Of a stretch of 64,000 nucleotides of DNA, positions 1 through 13,435 are shown piece after piece. Under the pieces are notes generated by a model that was given only the letters and a program-made list of their open reading frames with translations, was not told where the DNA came from and did not search any database. The DNA is from Octopus vulgaris (taxonomy: Eukaryota), in contig OX597817.1 in assembly GCA_951406725.2 (NCBI GenBank), forward strand, positions 153,078,001-153,142,000, given 5' to 3'. Positions within the stretch are counted from its first letter, which is position 1. Each line of letters begins with the position of its first letter. The translations under genes were made by a program, and so were the position numbers.

Positions 1-268
1 AACGTAGTTCTCGGGGGATATTCAGCGTGACACAGAGAGTGACAAGACCGGCCCCTTGAAATACAGGTACAACAGAAACAGGAAGTAAGAGTGAGAGAAA
101 GTTGTGGTGAAAGAGTACAGCAGGGATCACCACCATCCCCTGCCGGAGCCTCGTGGAGCTTTTAGGTGTTTTCGTTCAATAAACACTCACAACGCCCGGT
201 CTGGGAATCGAAACCGCAATCCTATGACCGCGAGTCCGCTGCCCTAACCACTGGGCCATTGCGCCTCC
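1..268 (-). mobile_element. tRNA-derived SINE (family D), running off the window start
   Basis: Reverse strand begins GGAGGCGCAATGGCCCAGTGGTTAGGGCAGCGGACTCGCGG...GGTTTCGATTCCCAGACC: Pol III A box (TGGCCCAGTGG) and B box (GTTTCGATTCC) followed by a non-tRNA body. Confidence 0.75.
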
Positions 269-599
269 GCTTATAGATTTACCTCTATAAGTACCAAACC
301 TTTATCAATATTCCCTAAAGTCCATTTAAGTGGAGTAAGTTGGATTTCCGTATTCTTATCTGTATTCTAAACTTACCCCTGTTCCTACGGCTTCAGCTCT
401 TCTATGGATAAACTTTCTTTACGGGAAACTAACAATTCAATCACATCATCATCTAAGACTTGTTCAAAACGTGTTATTTGCAAGTGTCAGCATTCTGATT
501 GTGAGAAACCTCTAAAATCTCGGATACAATCCGGCCATACATTTTACCAAGTATCATGTTCTCCACAGCGTTATGTTGGATCTCTTCCAGATTTTTCTA

Positions 600-988
600 A
601 GGCGTAGGAGTGGCTTGCTTACGAACCACATGGTTCCGGGTTCAATCCCACTGCGTGGCACTTGAGCAAGTGTCTTTAACTTTAGCCTCGGGCTGACCAA
701 AGCCTTGTGAGTGGATTTGGTAGACGGAAACTGAAAGAAGCCCATCGTATATGTGTATGTGTATGTGTGTGTATATGCTTGTGTGTCTGTGTTTGCCCCC
801 CAACATGGAACATCGCTTGACAACCGATGCTGGTGTGTTTACGTCCCCGTAACTTAGCCGTTCGGCAAAAGAGTTCGATAGAATAAGTACTAGGCTTCCA
901 AAGAATAAGTCCTGAGGTCGATTTGCTCGACTAAAAAGGCGGTGCTCCAGCATGGCTACAGTCAAATGACTGAAACAAGTAAAAGAGA

Positions 989-990
<2 letters not shown>
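600..990 (+). mobile_element. SINE family A (tRNA-like head, internal TA/TG microsatellite, (TAAAAGAG)n tail)
   Basis: Matches about 13 other copies in the window (GGTTCAATCCCACTGCGTGGCAC...CAGTCAAATGACTGAAACAAGTAAAAGAG); small deletion in the head. Confidence 0.9.
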
Positions 991-1034
<44 letters not shown>

Positions 1035-1052
1035 GAATGGAGTAGATGAAAT

Positions 1053-1097
1053 CCAGGCTACATATGTTTCATAGCACGATTTATTCGTGATCAGAGT
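1053..1097 (-). ncRNA. Degenerate minimal hammerhead remnant in a ~90-bp insert within (TA)n
   Basis: Minus strand reads CTGAT-CACGA ataaa TCGTG-ctat-GAAAC ATAT GTA; palindromic stem III as in PLE hammerheads, but the CUGAnGA box is incomplete. Confidence 0.35.
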
Positions 1098-1145
1098 TGT
1101 TCGAAAACCGAGGTCGAACTGCGTATATATATATATATTTATATA

Positions 1146-1208
<63 letters not shown>

Positions 1209-1241
1209 ATATCGATATTTATGTATATATATATATATATA

Positions 1242-1638
1242 TTGATGTTGATATCGCAGAGAAAATTTGTCTGCTTGTTATCAGTCGTAAGACACTTGTT
1301 GTTTTCACCGTTAATGCTTCTGTATTTCATGTTTCTGTATTCCATTATTGTTTTTTGCCTTTTATATTCGTCCCTTTTGCTGTCCCGGTGTTCGTATGCA
1401 TTCGATCCTTCTTCCAGGAAATCTACGCTCCCAGCTTAGTTTTTCTAATGCTCGTTGCTTAGTTTTTCTTGGAGGGCTGGCCGTGATCTAGTAATCTCAA
1501 GATTAATCAGCCGAAATTACTACGATGATCCGGTTCTTGACTGAAGACTGAGGGTTTCGAATGTCCTGTCCGTGTTTATTGTATCGTCTTCTAAGAGTTA
1601 TACGTTCTTGTCCATGTTGTATTTTTCTACATACCTTA
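1242..1638 (+). mobile_element. Short (TA)n-embedded element, probable PLE 3'/pseudo-LTR fragment
   Basis: Bounded by (TA)n on both sides, T-rich sense strand, hammerhead core about 90 nt from the 3' (TA)n, the same layout as the Neptune 3' end at 45706-45842. Confidence 0.5.
1489..1551 (+). ncRNA. Hammerhead ribozyme core with non-standard strand order
   Basis: TAGTAA-TC-TCAAGA-ttaa-TCAGcc-GAAA-TTACTA-(12 nt)-TCTTGA-CTGAAGA-CTGA: perfect stem III and 6-bp stem I directly abut UH, GAAA and CUGAnGA. Confidence 0.55.
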
Positions 1639-1659
1639 ATATATATATATATATATTGG

Positions 1660-2680
1660 CTTATCCTCCCTGTCAATTATTACATAAACTCAATGTTTTC
1701 TCTGATAACACATCTTGATCCAGTGGCTGTTGCAAAGAAGTTGCATTCTTGGAAATATATCCTGCTCTCAGATAAAGCTTATTTAAGTTCACTGAGTGCC
1801 TTGGTGCATCGTCTAAAAGTAACAATTGTTTGTTGGAAACATTATTCAATATTGTACTTCTTTACAGTAGGACAGATGTTAGCAAACCATTCTTCGAAAA
1901 GGCTCTTGGTCATCCAAACCTTTGAATACTAAATCAGGTGTAAATTAAAGTTTGCGCAATTATTGAAAGCGCTTGAATTTTAGGAGTTATACGAGTAGAC
2001 GAGTAGGAGCATTAATTTCATATTACCAACGGCATTTCTTCCACAAAGAAGCATCAGACGACTTTTGGACGCTTTAAACCCTGCTGCTGATTTTTATTTT
2101 CGAGAAATAATAGCTTCAGTAGGCATGATGTTCTAGAAAAGTGTATTTCTCTTTTGCAATATTTGTAGCAGCCTCTATGCCTGCAGTAGCAGCTTCACCA
2201 GTCATTTTTATATCATGCGAATTCAGGCACTTCTTAAGCCTTTGAAACCAGCAGCAACTACAAAGAAAATGTCTTTCATCGGAAATTTCATCTTCCTATT
2301 TTGGTAAAACATCTTATAAACTTGCATTTTTTTTTATTACCATTGTGATTACTGGCACATTACTTGAATTCTGATTCGCGATCCATTCACCCAAGAGCCG
2401 TTCCATTTTAAAGCATACCGTTAGATCTATGAGAAAGTTAGGTCGGAACTGTTGACGGATTAACTTCTTGAACACTTGACTTAATTTTTTCTCTCTTGTC
2501 ACGTATTGTTTCCACTACAGACTTTGCAAGCTTTAATGGTTTGGTAATGTAGCTGATTTTTTTCTTCTGCATCAAGCGTTTTTAAAATATCAAGTTTAAT
2601 ATCTAGTGTAATACTTTTACAGTTCCTTTCTGCACTGCTGCATGCAGTTCCACTTGACAGATTTTTCTCAGATATTTTGA
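1660..2680 (-). pseudogene. pogo/Tigger-like (CENP-B family) transposase relic
   Basis: ORF pieces 'KSITLDIKLDILKTLD' (psq-type HTH) and 'MERLLGEWIANQN' (CENP-B HTH); manual reading gives 'GFKASKSRL' (DDE_1 N-terminus); many frameshifts and stops. Confidence 0.75.
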
Positions 2681-2974
2681 ATTTTCGGTAAATCCAACAG
2701 CGGTGGTGATCAGCAATTATCCGTGCAAATATGTAGTAAAAAATAGCAACAGGAAATAAATATTTCGTGAAAGAAAATTTTTTTCTCATTCCTATGGATA
2801 GAAATAAGATTAAAAAGTGGATGAATGAAGTGGGTGCAAGTACTATACGATTGCAGTTAGTTGAAAGGTTACACGGTTCATAGGTACTTTACCTCTTGTA
2901 TCTCTGATTTGATCCATAAAATCTTCACAATCTACTCATACACACACGCACTCTCTCTCTCATATATATATATG

Positions 2975-3027
<53 letters not shown>

Positions 3028-4034
3028 GTCATTATGTTGACTTACAACATAAGTAGTTACAGACATTGCTATCATGCAAATAATTTTATTGCCGGTCTCA
3101 ATTGGTTATTCAAAAATTAGTGACGTTATAGTAGGTTTTATATTAGTGATGAAGTTGATTATAACGTTGGACTATTTATAGTAGTAGCAATGGTCATACT
3201 GTTCTTGTTAACTGTATTTTTGTTCCTATTTCAATCCTAATTCTAGGAAGGATTAAACACTAACATTATTAATTAAACTACAACAAAGAAACCACATTAC
3301 CCCATGTACAAAAACAGTATCGGTAAATAAATCCAATAAGTAAACCTATAACTAAATCCTAAATTATCTAACTAAATAGCAACCTAACCCTTGAAGTCCA
3401 TGCAGATAATATTCCCACCAGTCTTCCATAGTTATTAATATAAAAGAGAAAGCTTTATATTTTATTCTTTCCAAAACAAAACAAGCTCGATTGAACTTAA
3501 CTAATAATCTAACTAATTCTCAGTGAATTACACTATTTCATAATCCAAAAGTTAATAATTAAAACACTTCATACGTATTAAATGTTCGTTATCCTTAAAT
3601 GCTTTAATGTTAAACTTATATTAGTAATTTAATAGATAATACTAAAATATTCTTATTAAATCAGAAACTAATAAAATAATCCAGATGCAGTAGGGAATTT
3701 TGTCAGTGAACAGGTCGCCTTCTCAAAGCGACGAAAATATTTTGGCAAATTAAATTTAAATGTTGAAGTGAATCTAACGGTGTTTGAGTGTTTCTTAAAT
3801 GGCTTATGAACACTTCCCACGCTACAATTGTTTTAGTTCCAGCACACGATCTCAGATCAGGTCACTTGCTATGCAAGTACATCTCCGTAATTAAAGAATA
3901 TCTATAATTAGCAATTCTTATTAAAAATCTTGTAACGATTAAAGCTAAATATATAACTGTTTAAAAGATAATATAAAAATATAGTATTATCATATGCGCA
4001 CATATGTATGCAATACATACATACATACATACAT

Positions 4035-4106
<72 letters not shown>

Positions 4107-4899
4107 CAATGAACATATATCCATACACGCATATATATATATATATATATATACAATTTATACACACACACAGATACAGGTATATGTGTATACACACATA
4201 AACATATAAACAAATAAGTAGATTGATAGAAAAATCGACAGACAGTTCAATCGTTAGATTGGTAGATAGATAAATTGATGTCACATAGTAAAATGCTGCA
4301 TCAATATCTGTTTTCAGAGACTTCTTTTTCATTTCACTTATTTCTATTACTGACAATAGTATTAACTTGTCGCCCTCAATTATAACAGACAGATTAACTT
4401 ATCGGCAAATACAGGACACATTTTCTCATTCTTTCATGTCAATAAAATAAAGTAAGCTTCATTCAATTTTATTATGAAATTTTCATTTCGTTTTATTTTA
4501 TTTCCATCACCAATCTTGCTATCTCTAGAAACTAGTCTGCTTATGCTTACTATCGTTGTGAAAGCAAAAATTATCTTTGTGAATCGCTCACCATGAAAAC
4601 GATTTGGCATCCCATTTTGCAGCTGGTCCTTCTGGTTCCCTGCCAAGAAGATTTTCACTAACTTTGTGGTATTCTCTTCTCCATCATATCTAAATCAAGA
4701 TGGTTCTGTAAGTAGAACTCATGTGGAGAAAGCTTCCACGTTTTCTTCTCACTTTACTTTCGACTCCATACTATACAAATACATATGCACAAGACTCCTC
4801 CCAAAAATCTTTCTCTGTTACCTGCAAACTTCTCCAGTTAATTCTAACCAATAAATCAACCACACCTGACAATATCCTCTTCATTATGTTCAAATTATT

Positions 4900-5072
4900 A
4901 GAGGGTCGAATTCTTACTACCGGTTCTTGACTTCTGAGTTCAAATCCTACCAAGGGTAACTTTTCCTTTCAGCTTTCTGGATTAGATAAAATATGGTACC
5001 AGTTAAATATTGGTTTCGGTATAATCGACTAGTCTCGTGCTTCTAATCTCTGTTCTTGTGCCAATATTAGAC
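4900..5072 (+). mobile_element. Old degenerate SINE family B copy
   Basis: TTCTGAGTTCAAATCC...AACTTTTCCTTTCA...GATAAAATATGGTACCAG...TAATCGACT resembles the family B core. Confidence 0.55.
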
Positions 5073-5079
5073 AATATTT

Positions 5080-5570
5080 TGTTCAAATATGGCTTCACGG
5101 ATCTAACCCCATCTTCGCCCAACTCTTCGATCTTTCTCATTCTACAAGGATCTGCTTAGATCTTCAAAACATGATATAGTTTATCTCGTTGTAAAGAAAG
5201 AAACTGTTATAAGGCAACTAATTATCGATCTATCGGTAACTTCTAATACCTTAAATACAATGGAATCAATCGCCTGCAGTTATCTTTTTCAGTACCTCAA
5301 ATAACTCTTCCTTTTTCAATAACTATCAACACGGCTCCTACAGAACCAGAACTACAGAAAACGTGCTTTCACATTACATTTACAAGGGATCAGTCACCAA
5401 TGACAGCAGACGAGTCTCCTTGCTAAGCTATTCACCTATGGACTTCTTGCATCTATCCTCTTTGGGGATGGAATCTTGGTAGATCACACCATCACAATGC
5501 ACTTTCGATACGACTCTTTCTGACTGATACGTTACTAACTCATGTGTGCCATAAGGTCCGGTTTCGTCTT
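5080..5570 (+). pseudogene. Highly decayed CR1/Jockey-group LINE reverse transcriptase fragment
   Basis: Remnants of NYR(P)I (aattatcgatctatc), 'LLAKLFTYG' and (G)VP(Q)G(S)V (gtgccataaggtccggtt) in the expected order. Confidence 0.45.
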
Positions 5571-5726
5571 CAATGAGGAACAGCTCCATACTACTTTCAC
5601 TTTAATCAATCCAGTACGTGCGTCACTTTTCCTTTCATCACTCATATTTCCTTATCAATAAAATCAGGTTTTTCTTTTTCATTTACTGATTTTATCCTTT
5701 TTTTTTGTACTATTCCCGATATACAT

Positions 5727-6155
5727 AGGCGCAGGAGTGGCTGTGTGGTAAGTAGCTTGCTAACCAACCACATGGTTCCGGGTTCAGTCCCACTGCGTGG
5801 CATCTTGGGCAAGTGTCTTCTGCTATAGCCCCGGGCCGACCAATGTCTTGTGAGTGGATTTGGTAGACGGAAACTGAAAGAAGCCTGTCGTATATATGTA
5901 TATATGTATATATATATGTGTGTGTGTGTGTATATGTTTGTGTGTCTGTGTTTGTTCCCCTAGCATTGCTTGACAACCGATGCTGATGTGTTTACGTCCC
6001 CGTCACTTAGCGGTTCGGCAAAAGAGACCGATAGAATAAGTACTGGGCTTACAAAGAATAAGTCCCGGGGTTGATTTGCTCGACTAAAGGCGGTGCTCCA
6101 GCATGGCCGCAGTCAAATGACTGAAACAAGTAAAAGAGTAAAAGAGAGTAAAGAG
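5727..6155 (+). mobile_element. SINE family A, full length
   Basis: GGCGCAGGAGTGGCTGTGTGGTAAG head through (TAAAAGAG)n tail. Confidence 0.92.
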
Positions 6156-6376
6156 TATATACAAGTAGCGTCTTTCATTTCGGATCCGTCTGAGTTTGTG
6201 GACAATTTCAGAAACATTAATAAACAGTGAAGGAAAAATGTAGTAGAAAAGCTTAGAGTGGCTTATGACTGGAAAGTTGGCCAAAGAAGACTGTGTCCTT
6301 TGTGTATCTACAGCCTCTCTACGCCATTTGGTTTAACTGAATTATCTAAATAAACATTTCAAGATTTCAAATATAT

Positions 6377-6564
6377 TTACTCTTTCACTTGTTTCAGTCA
6401 TTTGACCGCCTTTAGTCGAGGAAAGTGACCCCAGGACTTATTCTTTGTAAGCCTAGTACTTATTCTATCGGTCTCATTTGCCGAACCGCTACGTTACGGG
6501 GACGTAAACACACCGGCATCGGTTGTCAAGCGATGGTGGGGTGTGTGTGACAAACACAGACACA

Positions 6565-6611
<47 letters not shown>

Positions 6612-6768
6612 ACATATATATATATATATATTTACATACATATATACAACGGGCTTCTTTCAGTTTTCGTTTACCAAATCCACTTACAAGGCTTCAGTTA
6701 TCAAATGATGTTGGTGGGGGGACAAACACAGACACACAAACACACGCACGCGCACACACACAAACATA

Positions 6769-6861
<93 letters not shown>

Positions 6862-6866
6862 ATATA

Positions 6867-6916
<50 letters not shown>

Positions 6917-7053
6917 TATATATACGACGGTCTTCTTTCAGTTTCCGTCTAATCCACTCATAAGGCTTTGGTCGGTCCAAGCCTATAGCAGAAGGTGCCA
7001 CGCAGTAGGACTGAATCTGGAACCATGTGGTTCGTAAGCAAGCTACTTATCAC
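6377..7053 (-). mobile_element. SINE family A, rearranged copy with duplicated middle part
   Basis: Two successive 'GACAAACACAGACAC-microsatellite-CTTCTTTCAGTTT' blocks between one tail and one head. Confidence 0.8.
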
Positions 7054-8290
7054 TAAAAACGCTTTTCACTGAAGAAATTCCTGCTTGAGGCAGAAAGTGT
7101 AAAACTCCATAGGCAGTTTAAAGAGACCTCTATTGGACAGATGGATTTTGAATTAATTTTGCTCTCATCAATACCAAATACCGAAGAGAGGCAAATGTGA
7201 ACTAAGAAACCTCTCTTTGGTATCTGTTCGAAATACGCATCCCTCAGTCCAATAGAGGACGCTTTGAACTGACCACGATGTTTTACTCCCTGACAAGTCA
7301 CAGTGGAAAGTCTCTTACGACTTGAAACTTCTCCCAAGCATATTTGAACTGGTGTAAAGTTTGTTTACTTTTAGTCATTGCTTCGCACAGCTGCACATAA
7401 ATTATCCAGTTAATTGCTTTCTTAGTCTCAAATTTGTCCAAATCAAGCAGAACTATGACTAAATATATTCTAGCCGTGACCATTCCTCTTTATCCACACA
7501 CAGTCTACCTAAAACTACATTTTCTTTCTTTAAAACCGTAGAGTGAAATTTAAGGGCAATTAGGAGACTTGTTTCTTGAATTTTAAGCACGTTAGCTCGT
7601 ATACTCCTAATGTATAGCACTTTCTGACGGCTTTATTTCATTGTATCACCTGTACAGGATGTTTCTAATAATGATGTGGCAGGTCGTGTGTAAGCCTTAT
7701 TGATTGTTGCTCTAAAGTAGCTCCTTGTATTTTACCTGTCAACTAATCAGCGGGTTCATTTGTATGTTGCTTTTATTTAACCCTCCTCTCTGTAAGACAG
7801 ATTTCTATTGTTTTCTAAATAAGTTTGACTACATGAAGCAGTTGGTAGTGTAAAAACTATTAAAAGAAAATGCTCTACTTCATCCACAGCAAACCTGACA
7901 GGGGTCTTGTTTCTTCACCAACAGCTTACTCGACAGGAGTCTCGTTGCTCCATCAACAACTTACTCAATAGGAATCTTGTTGCGTCGTCAACAGCTTATT
8001 TTTCAGAGGTGTCATATTACTTCTGCAGCACATTTGTGAAAACTGTTTCGTGTTGTATGGTAGATCGGTCAGTCCACGATAACTGTGCTCTATGGTTTCC
8101 ATGGACTTATTTTGTTACACGCCAGTTGAGAAAGTGTGGGTAGACCCCAAGCTCAGACCTTCTCCATTTTGTAGAGAAAGGCGATCCTGTGATTAGTAGC
8201 CACGATCCTCTCTTAGAACGCAGCATAGCTGATTCTGTTTGCCTGTGTGTAAGAGAAATAGAGAGAGACAGAAACAGAGACAGTCAGACA

Positions 8291-8350
<60 letters not shown>

Positions 8351-8424
8351 TAAAGAGAGAAAGAGAGAGTGAGAGAGGAAGTGAGAGAGATAGAGAGAGA
8401 AAGAGAGACAGAGTGATGTATATG

Positions 8425-8529
8425 CTTTTCTACTCTAGGTACAAGGCCCGAAATTTTGGGGGAGGAGGCCAGTTGATTAGATCGACCTCAGTACGGAACT
8501 GGTACTTAATTTATCGACCCTGAAAGGAT
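8425..8529 (-). mobile_element. SINE family B 3' fragment (alternative tail subfamily)
   Basis: CTTTTCTACTCTAGGTACAAGGCCCGAAATTTTGGGGG...CTGGTACTTAATTTATCGACCCTGAAAGGAT. Confidence 0.75.
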
Positions 8530-9337
8530 CATAATGTTTCACGTACAAAATACAATATTGTATTTAACACCAGTTCACCTGTCTGTCAGAAACGGGTTCC
8601 AGATTATCTAGGAATGTTATTTGTAATCAATTATTTTCACAACACGCAGAAGATTTTTATCTCATTGTCTCTAAGACAGAACTCTAATTCCGCGTTGCCT
8701 CAGTCCCTCAGTTTACTAGGATACAATCAAGAACAGATACCAGCTCATCTCTGAATATTGTCAGTAATAAACAAGAGTCTTAGAGGGTTCGTAGAGATCT
8801 AACTCCTATTCGCTCAACACTTTCAAACTAGGGGTTGATAACTGTTATATCGCACGTTCCGATGGCCTCAACTCAACTCCCGACGTCTAGACTTTTCCCT
8901 CTATATCTACGTATTGGGCTAGCCTACTTCATCGTCTAGGGCGTCCACACAACAATAACGATCTTTAAAAACCTTTATAAGGACATAATAGGCATTAATT
9001 AATTCATTCATTACTTAATTAAAGAGAAATAGGAATGACACGAAGGGAGTGCATGATCAACATCAAGAAATGGACAGGAAGACACATGATAGAAAACGTT
9101 TGTGACTGATGACCGGAAAGATGGACAGCAGCGTAGGAAGAGGTTTCGTCTCTTGTGTGCCTACGGTCTACCAAAAGCTGTTGGTTGGGCTTTGACAGAT
9201 TGAAATTATTTACGTATTTAAGTAATAATCACTTTCAATACCAGGAAGCTTATTTTATTTGTGTAATATTTGTTCCCACTCGATGAGAATCGATCGCTAA
9301 AGAAATTACGGGTGCTTAGATTTTAGCGTATATTTAT

Positions 9338-9404
<67 letters not shown>

Positions 9405-9418
9405 CATATATATATGTA

Positions 9419-9547
<129 letters not shown>

Positions 9548-10074
9548 TGATGGAAGAGCTGCTTCCGGTCACACCTTCCTGGCCGTCCAATGCATGGTTA
9601 TAAAAATTGATTGACGAGGCTGGTTTTAGAAAGTCGAATTGAGAGTTGATTACGACGATGGAGATAAAGGGAGGAAAGCAGAAATCAATGTCACCATTTT
9701 ACTTTAATTATTGTATATATTATTTTTGTTCGTACATTTTGAAAGCTAAATTTGATGTACTTGTCTCTGTATAAATTCGCCTTGTATTCCGTATAGCCTT
9801 TTGCTTGATGTTAGTCTTGTAAAGCATGGATTGCAGTCTGTTGCAATCTGTTGCAGTCTAGCGCAGCATGGTGCAGTATGGTACAACATGGTGAGGTTGG
9901 AAGACAGAGAAAGTGATGCAAATGCGAATGAGTTAGAGTGTCTGTCGAACAGAGGAAATTATTTACTTGGGCAGATGACGATGTTGAGTGATGGGTAAAA
10001 CGGATGAGGTCGTTCGTGTTCGTATGTGTGTGGTCGTGTGTGTGTGCGTGTTTGTGTGTGTATGTATTTATCAC

Positions 10075-10528
<454 letters not shown>

Positions 10529-10656
10529 ACACGTGTACATGTATGTATGCGTGTATATATGTATGTATGTATTTATGTATGTATGTATGTATGTTTGTAT
10601 GTATCTATTTATGTGTTGGTGGATGGATGGGTGGGTGGCTGTATGGATGGGGAGAT

Positions 10657-12125
10657 GTCATTGTTCAGTTTTCTTACAAGATTTCTTGCCAATAGAGATA
10701 GAGCCGGTTTCTAACCTAGATCCAAGCCGCGTTTATTGGAATTTCAACAACATCAAGAGTGTTTTTTCGTATGCCTGTATGTATGTATGTATGTATGTAT
10801 GTATGTATGTATGTATGTATGTATGTATGTATGTACGTATGTATGTATGTATGTATGTATGTATGTATGTATGTATGTATGTATGTATGTATGTATGTAT
10901 GTACGTATGTATGTATGTATGTATGTATGTATGCATATGCGCAGTATTTAGAGTTAGTGCATGTGTAGATGTGTATGTTTTGTCTTATGTATGTATTCTT
11001 ATGCATATAATTGCATTTTAGACATGTTCATATATATACTTAAATGATAAACTTCTGCTAAGTTTTATAGAGTTTTACAATCCCAGTGATGAATTGCATC
11101 TGTAGTCTTCGAATCAGATTTCTCCTTTCTAGTTTTGAGAAGCCTAATTTCTCAAGATTGGTATTTAGGCAGTGTGTTGTATATCCCAGTGTCCTAATAA
11201 TTACAGGTATAAACCTGAACTTGTAATCAAGATAGAGTAACTGCAGATTTCTCAATAGTTCAGTGTAGGTATTTTCTTTTGCGCGCATCTTCAGTTTTAT
11301 GTTAACATCCGCTGGGCAGCTATTTCCCCAACTGTACACAGTTTCTCTTCTCTATTCCAAATCCTTAAACCAGGTTTATTATGTTTACATTTTATTGGGA
11401 TTTTACGGGAACATTCCACTAGTACTCATTCTTATTTTGAGTGGTTTTGGATTCTACCATACTGTTACCATACTGTGGGTTCTTAATTTCTTTGCACTCC
11501 GTGTTATCCTTCAGACGAATTTCATTATACAGTGTCCTAGCTACATCGTGTTTCATCGGTAGATAACGCCGTGATAACATTTTCGGACAACTGCATCGGT
11601 TGTTATATTTTGCTACTTTTCCTGCGTCTCTATTCCTTTTGTGCATCAGATATTTAGTTGATATGTCCTGTTCCTGGATTGCAAACGTGTACCCTTCAAA
11701 GTGGGAGTTAGTAATTCTGTTGTTGGTCCATGATAGACTGCTTTGATGATCGATGTTACTATCATCTCGGAGCATTCTGCTAACATATCCATGCATGTTC
11801 CGTGATAATATATTCCATCAGTAATAATACAATCACTCCTTGTATTTAACTTTAAGATGTTGAAGTCAGGTCAGCTATAGCTTTGACTGTGCTCACTGGA
11901 ACTTTAGCAAGTCGAAGGCCTTCTAGCATCCATGAATGGGGGGACAGAATCAAAGGCTTTCTTGTAATCTAGCCACATTGAAACTAGGTTCCTCCGATGC
12001 TCCTGCACCTCTGACATTGACATTTTGTTTAACAATTGCTCAGCATATCTCCTGATTCCCCTCTTCTCAACTCCTTGTTCTGTTATGATGATGCAATTAC
12101 TTCTTGAAGGAAGAGGTTTAACCAT
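10657..12125 (-). mobile_element. R4/Dong-like non-LTR retrotransposon (RLE type), internally deleted
   Basis: RT piece 'RRNLVSMWLDYKKAFDSVP'; 'EGYTFAIQEQDISTKYL...KHD'; endonuclease C-terminus 'SCPADVN...KENTYTELLRNLQ...FIPVII'; 3' UTR shared with 58593-58800. Confidence 0.85.
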
Positions 12126-12321
12126 GCTGTATATATTTTATACATTAAGTTGTGGCATCCAATTGGCCAGTAGTTTATTTTACCGCCAAGACTATTGAAA
12201 AGGTTACAAGACGCGACGAAAATTTTAAGAAAATAAAAATAAGAAATACGTGGAAATTTTACTGGTGAGTGTGTTACATTATAAGGTACAATAAGAAAAA
12301 TGACTCTCCCCAGATACAACA

Positions 12322-12358
<37 letters not shown>

Positions 12359-12409
12359 TATATACAATATATATGCATTGATGTGTGGATGTGTGTGTAT
12401 ATATATATA

Positions 12410-12424
<15 letters not shown>

Positions 12425-12457
<33 letters not shown>

Positions 12458-12622
12458 TCGACGGGTTTGTTTCAGTTTCTGTCTACCAAATTCACTCACA
12501 AGGCTTTGGTCTGCTTGAGGCTAAAATAGAAGACACTTGTCCAAGGTGGTGCTACGCAGTGAGACTGAACCCCGAACCATGTCGTTGGAAAGCAAGCTTC
12601 TTACCACACAGCCACGCCTACG
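12425..12622 (-). mobile_element. SINE family A, 5' half
   Basis: CGACGGGTTTGTTTCAGTTTCTGTCTACC...CTTACCACACAGCCACGCCTACGCC. Confidence 0.8.
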
Positions 12623-12809
12623 CCTATGCTCTTTTACTTTCATTTTTGTTTCATCAGCATTAGCTCTTCGACGAAAACTGAGTTATGGAATTCACATGAG
12701 ACCACATTTCCGGCAAATAAAAACCTCGTTAGAGATGCTCTTGAAATATATTGCGATGAGGGTGAGTGTTTTCTTTGATTCTTGCGTTTCGAGGTGTCTG
12801 ATCGATTGG

Positions 12810-13435
12810 TTTGATGTTATTGTTGTTGTTGGTTGAGGTGATGGTGGTGGTGTTAGTGGCGTCGTTGTTGCTGGTGGTGATGCTGTTAGTGGTGGTAGTG
12901 GCGTTGGTGGCGGAGGCGTTTTTTGTGATGAGTGGTGCTGTTGGTGGTGGTGGCGTTGGCATTGGTGGTAGTGGCTCTGGCAATGATGGTGGTAGATTTG
13001 TTGTTTGTGGGGGTGGTGTTAGCAGTGGTGATGGTGGCACTACTGTTGATGACATTAATGGTGGTGACGTTGACAGTGGTAGAGTTGGTACTGCTGACGT
13101 TTGTGGTGTTGTTAGCGTTGGTGGTGGCGGAGATGACGTAGTTTGAAGTGGTGGTGGTGGTGTTGTCGGTGATGGTGGTGGTGTTATTGGTGTTGGCTGT
13201 GGTAGTGGCGGTGTTGTCGGCTTTAGTATTAGTGGTGGTGGCGTCGTTGGTGGTGGAGGTGGCTTTGTTAGTGGTGGAGGTGGCGGTGACGCCAGCGGTA
13301 GTGGTGTCGCCAGTGGTGGCTGCATCGGTAGCGGTGGTGGTGGTGTTGGTGGAGGTGATGCCGTTAGCGGTGGCGGTGGTAGTGGTGGGGTTGGTGGTGG
13401 TGGTGGTGGTAATGGTGTTGGTGGTTGTGAAGGTG
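12810..13435. repeat. Degenerate (GGT/GTT)n low-complexity tract
   Basis: Open in several frames at once, giving V-, G-, P- or T-rich pseudo-ORFs. Confidence 0.85.

Noticed and set aside
554-965. Recurring short ORFs such as '[15 protein letters not shown]...EDTCPRCHAVGLNPEPCG'
   Set aside because: Antisense translations of SINE family A, not a protein family.
9100-9125. CTGATGA-ccg-GAAA hammerhead-like string
   Set aside because: No stem I, II or III pairing; region looks like a decayed LINE end.
9604-9645. TTGACGA...GAAAGTCGAATT next to (TA)n
   Set aside because: Core altered and no convincing stems.
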